Below are positions 57,422-64,000 of a stretch of DNA of 64,000 bases, one piece after another. The notes under the pieces were generated by a model. The model was not told where the DNA came from and ran no database searches. It saw nothing but the letters and a program-made list of their open reading frames with translations. Numbering within the stretch: position 1 is the stretch's first letter; every line of letters starts with the position of its first letter. The stretch is from a virus (taxonomy: Duplodnaviria > Caudoviricetes), in the IMG/VR virus record IMGVR_UViG_3300027747_002427, one strand, 5' to 3'. Position numbers and translations under genes: made by a program.

Positions 57422-58242
57422 AGAATATATTCTTTAATTCTTCTATGCCTCGTAGTATGAGTACATTACTTCAATGTATTCTCAATCAACATCCAGAAAT
57501 CCAAGCAACACCTACAGATCCAGTATTAGAATATCTTTATGGTGCTAGAATGAATTTTACAACTACACCAGAAGTTAAAGCTATAGATAAAGATTTAGCA
57601 TTAAAGACTTGGAGAGGTTTTTGTAAAGGTGGTCTAGAAGGTTATGCTTCTTCTTATACAGACAAGCCAAATCTTTGTATTAAAACAAGAGGAGGAACTA
57701 TACATTATAGATGGTTTGAATCTTTTATGCCATATAAACCCAAGATGATTTGTATGGTTAGAAATTTAAAAAGTATTTTTGCTTCAATGGAAAAACTTTT
57801 TAGAAAAAGTTCAGAATATCATCAAGCTATACAAAGTCATTCTGAAATGAAAGGTACTAGTACAGCCAAAAGAATTGATTCTTGGATTGCTTCACCTCCA
57901 GTTGGGTTAGCATTAGAGAGATTAAATCAAACCTTTTTAGAAAGTATTAATAAAGAGGTTATTTATATAAGGGCAGAAGATTTAACTTCTTATCCTCAAA
58001 GAGAAATGGATAAGATTTATCAGTATCTTGAAATACAATCATTTAAACATGATTTTGATAATATAGAACAAACAATTAAAGAAGATGATTCAGTTTATGG
58101 TCTTACTTCAGACTTACATACAATCAGACAAAAAGTACAACCTTTGACACCGGACTATAATGAAATTTTAGGCAAACAAGTTTGTGATTGGATTGATAAC
58201 AACCTTGCTTGGTATCAACAAGGTTTTGGTTATACGAAGTAG
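57418..58242 (+). CDS. Sulfotransferase family protein
   Basis: 5'-PSB-like MPRSMSTLLQCILNQHP; 3'-PB-like VRNLKSIFAS; IRAEDL..P. Confidence 0.8.
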   Translation: MKNIFFNSSMPRSMSTLLQCILNQHPEIQATPTDPVLEYLYGARMNFTTTPEVKAIDKDLALKTWRGFCKGGLEGYASSYTDKPNLCIKTRGGTIHYRWFESFMPYKPKMICMVRNLKSIFASMEKLFRKSSEYHQAIQSHSEMKGTSTAKRIDSWIASPPVGLALERLNQTFLESINKEVIYIRAEDLTSYPQREMDKIYQYLEIQSFKHDFDNIEQTIKEDDSVYGLTSDLHTIRQKVQPLTPDYNEILGKQVCDWIDNNLAWYQQGFGYTK

Positions 58243-58243
58243 T

Positions 58244-60259
58244 TTAACCTCTTGTACTATATACAGGTATATAACCTAATGATATACCGCTTACATCAAA
58301 TACTTCTATAGTCTTAACTATTGTTGTAACAGTTGTTGATGTTATAGCATTTCCAACTCTTAATGGATTGGCAACAACGACGCCTTGTGAGCTGAGATTG
58401 TTAACGTAAGTGAAATTCACTGCTGATGCACTTAAACCTGTACCTAAAATAAAGGTATTAGCAAAACCTTTTGTATCATTGGCAGAACCACCAGCAATAA
58501 ATGTAAACACTGCATCTGCTCTATTACCTCTACCACCACCAATTACAGAACAATCACCAGCTACAGTAATTGTATTACTTTGACCGCCAACAATATTAGT
58601 TGAAACACCACAAGCAATATTTGTATTGCCACCACCAATAAAGGATGTTGAACCAGTGCCCGTATTATTTGATATACCACCACCGATAAATGAGCAATTG
58701 CCGTTAGCGCAGTTTGAAGCACCAGCTCCAACTCCAGCTGTTCTACCAACAGCTGTATTTCCTATACCACCTAAAATTGAAGCATATTGACCTGATGCAG
58801 TATTTTGACACCCACCACCAACAACGGCGGCACAACTTTGGGCGTAATTACGGAAACCACCACCAACAAAGGAACAGTTACCTATCGCAGAATTCCATTT
58901 TCCGCCAACTACTGTATCATATTGACCGGATGCTGTATTGAGCTTACCACCACCGACAGTAGAATGGAAGCCACCTTGGTTTAGTAATCTATCATAAATA
59001 AACACGCATGTAGCTGATAAACTAGCACTCGATGCTTGATTAACAGAAAAGTCTCCACCAACAATAATACAACATGTATTAGGCTGACTAATAATATTAG
59101 CTACGGCAAAATTACCCGCAGAAAGAGGAACCCCGGATGTTGTATAAACAATAGACATGGCATTTGTACCAGCTGTTGAAAAGCAAGAATTCCATGACGC
59201 GCAACCAAAATTCATAAGTGTACAGCTACCATTACCTGATAAAGCTGCTGTTGCAAAGTTGGTTGGATTGGATGTATTAGTAATAGGTATTGCGCAATAC
59301 CCGCCAGTATGATTAAAATCTCCACCCCCTATAACAGAAGAACGAAGAGGGTTAAAATTACCATAGCCACCATCAATTATTGAATATCTACCTGATGCAG
59401 TATTACATCTACCTCCAACTACACCGGTATAACTTCCTGATGCTGTATTAAGCCCTCTCTTAGGTTGAATAGAGCTTGTTGCATCTACTAATGTGTAAGG
59501 TTGAGAAGATACAGATTGATAAGCTGTATTCCAATTAGCTGAATTGGATACAACTGTGGTTAATGCTCCGGAATTACTACTAAATGTTGTGTATGTATTT
59601 TGCCAGTTACTAGAAGCATTTTGATAAATTGTTGTTAATAATAATTGACTTGTAAGAGTGTTAGTAAGTGTTAAAGGTGTTAAAAGACTACTAAGAGTGT
59701 TAGTAAGAGTTAATGGTGTTAAAAGACTTGTTAAAGCATTTGTTGTTGCAAGAGGTGTTAATAAACCTGTTAAATTATTAACAACTGTGTTGGTAATAAA
59801 TACACTAGAAGTACTTGGATAAGCTGTTACAACACTATAAGCTGTATTCCATTGATTACTATTACCACTAGAGGCGTATATTACAGCGGTACCACTTATA
59901 TTACCAACAACAGTTAATTTTTGATTAGGGACACTTGTACCAATACCGACACTACCTATATTCTGTGTCAATATCAAATTACTGTTAGGGTTTATTATAA
60001 TATTATTTGAAGAACCTAGTCCCAAGTCTCCATATGAATTACCTACAGTAGCAACATCTGCATCAAAATACAATGGTGTTTGTTTTATGCCAACACTTCC
60101 GGTTGTAGTTAAATTGTTAACATTAAATGTGGTTGCAGTAGATGTATTAACCAAACTATAAACACTATTCCAATTATTACTATTACCACCAGAGGCATAC
60201 ATAACACCTGTAGCACTTAATAATCCATAAACTGTAGTTCCTCCTAGTAATTTTGCCAT
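58244..60259 (-). CDS. Tail fibre with YadA-like GGGxxN beta-roll repeats
   Basis: Repeats such as NTASGRYSIIDGGYGN and NSAIGNCSFVGGGFRN; WNTAY shaft motifs. Confidence 0.8.
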   Translation of the reverse strand: MAKLLGGTTVYGLLSATGVMYASGGNSNNWNSVYSLVNTSTATTFNVNNLTTTGSVGIKQTPLYFDADVATVGNSYGDLGLGSSNNIIINPNSNLILTQNIGSVGIGTSVPNQKLTVVGNISGTAVIYASSGNSNQWNTAYSVVTAYPSTSSVFITNTVVNNLTGLLTPLATTNALTSLLTPLTLTNTLSSLLTPLTLTNTLTSQLLLTTIYQNASSNWQNTYTTFSSNSGALTTVVSNSANWNTAYQSVSSQPYTLVDATSSIQPKRGLNTASGSYTGVVGGRCNTASGRYSIIDGGYGNFNPLRSSVIGGGDFNHTGGYCAIPITNTSNPTNFATAALSGNGSCTLMNFGCASWNSCFSTAGTNAMSIVYTTSGVPLSAGNFAVANIISQPNTCCIIVGGDFSVNQASSASLSATCVFIYDRLLNQGGFHSTVGGGKLNTASGQYDTVVGGKWNSAIGNCSFVGGGFRNYAQSCAAVVGGGCQNTASGQYASILGGIGNTAVGRTAGVGAGASNCANGNCSFIGGGISNNTGTGSTSFIGGGNTNIACGVSTNIVGGQSNTITVAGDCSVIGGGRGNRADAVFTFIAGGSANDTKGFANTFILGTGLSASAVNFTYVNNLSSQGVVVANPLRVGNAITSTTVTTIVKTIEVFDVSGISLGYIPVYSTRG

Positions 60260-60307
60260 GATCTTTTAATATTTATCTTATTCTCTTTAAATGCTTAATA
60301 GTTTATA

Positions 60308-62341
60308 TTAAGAAGTGATATTATTATATAAAGTCACTCTAGCAGATAATGGAATTACACTAGTGCTTATTATATCTGTATCTACATAAACTGGATTATT
60401 CCAATTTAGAGCAGTATTACCATATACTAAAGTATTTGCAAATGATCTATAACCTGTTGTATCATTGGGTAAGATTCTAAAGTCTAATCCATTACCTCCC
60501 TTGTTACCATTTTTATCTAAACCATACATATAGTTATTTGTAACTATACCATTTCTCCAAACCGGAGATTGTATGAATATACCCCAATTGTCGGTATAAA
60601 ATTTATTATTAGTTATATATGTACCAACGTTAATACCAACATCTGCAAACCAACCATATCCACATTGATAAGCAGTATTATTATCTACTAATGTATTGAG
60701 ATTTCCATAACCTCCAAACGCTTGATCTGATGAGAGAGCAAGATTATTAGTTACTATCATTGAAAGCCAACATGGACTACCCCCAGTACCGTCCCAATCA
60801 GGGTTATTACCTATCCAACCATATGCTGTTCCATATCTAGCTCTACGTTCTCCTGGATGAGGAATAGTAGCTACAACACAATTATCAATAAGATTATTTT
60901 TACTAAAAGTAGGACTTGCCCCTATATTAATCATTTGTATTACTCCGAGATTTTCATATATAGATGAATATCCATAAGCTGTTAAATTTTGATATATAGT
61001 ATGCCCAGAGTTGCGCATTACTAATGGACAACAATTTGATGTTCTCATTTCTGGTGATCCTGGACTATTTTGAACTGGTGCAACTGCTTGACCATTTATA
61101 GTATTAAGATGTCCAGTTCCGTCAAATCCATCAATACCGTTTATTACTTTAGCCTTAACGGTATAATCGTTTACTACTTCCATTGTTTTCCAATCAAAAT
61201 GATAATCAGCATCATTATAATATTCAGTACTACCTATTCTCCAGCTATAGTTACTTGTTGAGAATCTATCACCACCGTCATTTATATTAGGACCAGCTGA
61301 TAGACCATGAGGCTGAAGTGTTGTTACTGTAAGTGGATTTGTAGCACTATGAGTATAAACAAAACTTGTTATTGTTTTTATACAGTTTGATTTTGTAATA
61401 CCATCAATAATAAAATTACTAGCACAAAAACCAGAGACTTGATCCCAACCAGTACCCATATAAGCTCCAGCTAAATTATTAAAAAACTTATTTCTATATG
61501 TTCCAGACAAATAAAGAGTTGTCATAGATCCTGCACCGGATAGAGTCCAATTATTAAGTGGATGCCATCCTAAAGAAGGATTTTCATAAAATGCATATTG
61601 AACACCACCTTGTGTGCCACAGGTAGTATAAGAACCAGCACTTAAGTAAATACAAATATTTTCTCTTTGTGAAGGTCCTTGACCACCAGTACGTCTGCCA
61701 CAAAGATGCATCATTACATCATCAAAATTTATACTATTATAAGGATCTTGTAGAGTTCCAGATCCATATAGACTATCATTTCTATTGGCAATATAAATTA
61801 CAGTATCATAAAAAACTGGATCTGGTCGAGTAAAGTCCGGAGCTACATCAACAAAAATAGGGTCTGGAAAGTTAGTAGTTGATATATAAAAAGGTTCATT
61901 ACAATGCATGGAATTACAAAAGATAGTAAATGTTTCTCCATTATATGTTATGGTTCTGTTAAAAATATTTGAAAAATTATCATCAGAAAAAGGTGATACT
62001 TTTGCTTCAACAGTGGATGGAATTGTAGACGTTAAACCAATACCATTTGTATAACTAATATTGTTTGATAGACTACTATTAATTAATAAGTGAGGATTAA
62101 AATTATTAAGGGTTATCAAATAGGTAATTCCAGTTACTTCATCAAAATATTTTGATACTAAAACCCTTCCATCGTAAGTTTCTCTTTTAACCACACTTCC
62201 TCCCTGGATAGTCACTTCATCAAACTCTGTACTATAGTTAGCACCAGATGTTATTTTAGTTAATGTATATGTTATTTCATCAAAATAGGTATTAGTAAAA
62301 TATACACCATTAGATGATAATCTTGCGACTGTCGTTGCCAT
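60308..62341 (-). CDS. Tailspike-like protein: FDEVT-repeat N-terminus plus pectate-lyase-like beta-helix
   Basis: FDEIT/FDEVT x3; C-terminal Asn-ladder repeats (DNNTAY, ITNNKF, VTNNYM, VYGNTA). Confidence 0.7.
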   Translation of the reverse strand: MATTVARLSSNGVYFTNTYFDEITYTLTKITSGANYSTEFDEVTIQGGSVVKRETYDGRVLVSKYFDEVTGITYLITLNNFNPHLLINSSLSNNISYTNGIGLTSTIPSTVEAKVSPFSDDNFSNIFNRTITYNGETFTIFCNSMHCNEPFYISTTNFPDPIFVDVAPDFTRPDPVFYDTVIYIANRNDSLYGSGTLQDPYNSINFDDVMMHLCGRRTGGQGPSQRENICIYLSAGSYTTCGTQGGVQYAFYENPSLGWHPLNNWTLSGAGSMTTLYLSGTYRNKFFNNLAGAYMGTGWDQVSGFCASNFIIDGITKSNCIKTITSFVYTHSATNPLTVTTLQPHGLSAGPNINDGGDRFSTSNYSWRIGSTEYYNDADYHFDWKTMEVVNDYTVKAKVINGIDGFDGTGHLNTINGQAVAPVQNSPGSPEMRTSNCCPLVMRNSGHTIYQNLTAYGYSSIYENLGVIQMINIGASPTFSKNNLIDNCVVATIPHPGERRARYGTAYGWIGNNPDWDGTGGSPCWLSMIVTNNLALSSDQAFGGYGNLNTLVDNNTAYQCGYGWFADVGINVGTYITNNKFYTDNWGIFIQSPVWRNGIVTNNYMYGLDKNGNKGGNGLDFRILPNDTTGYRSFANTLVYGNTALNWNNPVYVDTDIISTSVIPLSARVTLYNNITS

Positions 62342-62342
62342 G

Positions 62343-63998
62343 TTAATTAAATACTGTATCTAAACTATTTGTCAATGAATTATAAAATTGGTAAACTTTA
62401 ACAGTATTTGCTGATAAAAATTGTAATTGAGAATTCACAGCAATATTATTTGATGTAATTGTTTTTTGAGCTGATATAGAAGAAGTAGAAGTAACAAATC
62501 CAGTTAATTGACCCCCACTTAATGGTAAAGCATTAATTGAGAACTTTGTACCGGTTATTTTTGAATCTGCCAAAGATGTAATCCAAGAAGGATCGGAATA
62601 AGATTGATTTGTATAAACTCCATTAGTTACAGTATTAGCATTACCAGTTACATTACCAATTAAGTTAGCACTTAAAGAATCTAAAACTATATTTCTATCA
62701 GACCAATCAATATTAGCTGCTGAAAGAGGTTCCGTTGTTAGTCCAGAAAATAATGTCCAAGTACCTGGATTACCTTGTCCAGCTCTTCTGACTAGCCCAG
62801 TATGATTATAACCAAGAGGGGCTTGAGAAAAATGAGCTACTAAGCCTATATCTAATACATTACTACCATAGTTATTATCATTAAAATAAATTAAATTATC
62901 CCCAACAACAAGATTTTTAGTATCAATATAAGTAGCAGAACCTGCTAAAGTAAGATTACCAATAATAGAAACATCACCAGGAAACACAGCACTGGTAGGT
63001 AGGCTCAATGTAATAGTAGAACCAGACTTAGATACATTAATTTGATTAGATGTACCACTTACAGTTGTTATAAAAGAACTAGAAGCATTTTGATAAATAC
63101 TCGTAGGTAATAGAGTAGCAGTTGATGATGCTACAGAAGTTTGATAGTTATTAAAATTTGTATTTGTTACTAGTTGACTTGTTAATGTATTAGTAGTCGT
63201 TAATGGTGTTAATAAAGCAGAAGTAGATTGTAAAAGAGTATTGGTAGCATAGGAACTTAAATTATTAAGAAAAGCTGTTGTTTGTGTAGATCCATCTGGA
63301 AATGTTATCTGCCCACTAGATGCTAAAATTAATCTATCAGCATTAATATACTGAAAGTAATCAATAGAGTTAGTTGAACCACCACTAGGGGACAGTGCAA
63401 CCAATGTTGAGTTTGGTTTATCATATACGCAATTTAATATTGAATAAAATCCACTTAGTACAACTGGGGCGACATTACTTAATGCCGAAGTTAGCATTTG
63501 ACAGTTGGCTAAAGTAATGATACTTGAAGAGGCTGATGTGATAGCATTTGTCACAGCAGCAACTACTATAGAATCTACAAGACTTAAAGTTCCAGAAGTT
63601 AAAACTGGAGCCACAGTAACAGCGCTTTTAATAATTATATTTGCGCTAGCATTATTTACTGTTGTAAAATTTGGATTACCACCAAAAATAGCAACTAAAC
63701 CTGCACCAGTAATACTTGCGGAGCCATAGTCACATAAACGAAGAACAGTGTAGTCGGCGTTACTGCTTTTTGTAAGTGTGCCAGAAATCTCACAATTTAA
63801 AATATTTACATTTCCTGCACCAGTTGGCGTAGCTATGGTCAGGTTTGTCATCTTTATTCCAGCAATTGTACAACCAGTATTTGTGCTTAATGTTCCATAA
63901 AGTACTATATTACCGCCAATAAGCCCCGGACCAGTTATAGTTGTATATGGAACTGTTATTGATGGATTTTCAGTATAACCACCGGGATGAACAATAAT
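62343..63998 (-). CDS. Tail fibre/spike, 5'-truncated by window edge
   Basis: Frame stays open to the window end (IIVHPGGYTEN...), so ATG 63851 is internal; shares a 140-aa module with the 52879 fibre. Confidence 0.8.
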   Translation of the reverse strand: MIVHPGGYTENPSITVPYTTITGPGLIGGNIVLYGTLSTNTGCTIAGIKMTNLTIATPTGAGNVNILNCEISGTLTKSSNADYTVLRLCDYGSASITGAGLVAIFGGNPNFTTVNNASANIIIKSAVTVAPVLTSGTLSLVDSIVVAAVTNAITSASSSIITLANCQMLTSALSNVAPVVLSGFYSILNCVYDKPNSTLVALSPSGGSTNSIDYFQYINADRLILASSGQITFPDGSTQTTAFLNNLSSYATNTLLQSTSALLTPLTTTNTLTSQLVTNTNFNNYQTSVASSTATLLPTSIYQNASSSFITTVSGTSNQINVSKSGSTITLSLPTSAVFPGDVSIIGNLTLAGSATYIDTKNLVVGDNLIYFNDNNYGSNVLDIGLVAHFSQAPLGYNHTGLVRRAGQGNPGTWTLFSGLTTEPLSAANIDWSDRNIVLDSLSANLIGNVTGNANTVTNGVYTNQSYSDPSWITSLADSKITGTKFSINALPLSGGQLTGFVTSTSSISAQKTITSNNIAVNSQLQFLSANTVKVYQFYNSLTNSLDTVFN

Positions 63999-64000
63999 TG

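Noticed and set aside
53430-63729. Short ORFs inside fibre genes (e.g. 53430-53633, 54716-54940, 58561-58941, 63505-63729)
   Set aside because: Antisense or alternate-frame products of low-complexity repeats.
1-64000. Stop-codon reassignment (code 15 or 4) as in some large phages
   Set aside because: Conserved genes are full length in code 11; TAG ends genes cleanly (51157, 52197, 58242) and TGA occurs in ATGA overlaps (20090, 57421).
1-64000. tRNA genes, CRISPR arrays, reverse transcriptase/DGR, integrase or transposase
   Set aside because: Intergenic gaps are under 100 nt; I saw no cloverleaf, repeat-spacer array or RT/integrase motif by eye. A covariance-model scan was not run.

Overview
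A 64-kb slice of a large, AT-rich (about 30% GC by eye) T4-like myophage genome in the standard genetic code, cut inside genes at both ends. (1) 1-14.5 kb, + strand: tail/baseplate and packaging genes (tape measure, gp48-/gp53-/gp3-like proteins, terminase large subunit, hub). The gp5 spike function appears split over three genes: two tandem gp5-OB paralogs, each with a different cell-wall enzyme inserted inside the OB fold, and a separate beta-helix spike. (2) 14.5-33.5 kb, - strand: replication/recombination genes (clamp, gp32, DHH, helicase, UvsX/RecA, ThyX, PolB, gp46) interleaved with a 7-deazaguanine set (FolE2, QueD, QueE, TGT/DpdA-like) that has no QueC in the window, plus a GT-B glycosyltransferase. 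(3) 33.5-46.9 kb: a 17-gene glycan island between gp46 and gp47, with an apparently complete NDP-heptose route, two methyltransferases and about ten glycosyltransferase-like genes. (4) gp47, late sigma gp55, UvsW, UvsY, GIY-YIG nuclease. (5) 52.3-64 kb: four fibre/spike genes around a GT9-like transferase plus sulfotransferase pair. Non-coding signals: a family of sigma70-type promoters (mostly 16-nt spacer) 6-12 nt from start codons, implying near-leaderless mRNAs; a G-free AAAC-repeat leader on gp32; and CpG depletion that spares CCGG. All product calls come from recognising motifs by eye; no database searches were run.
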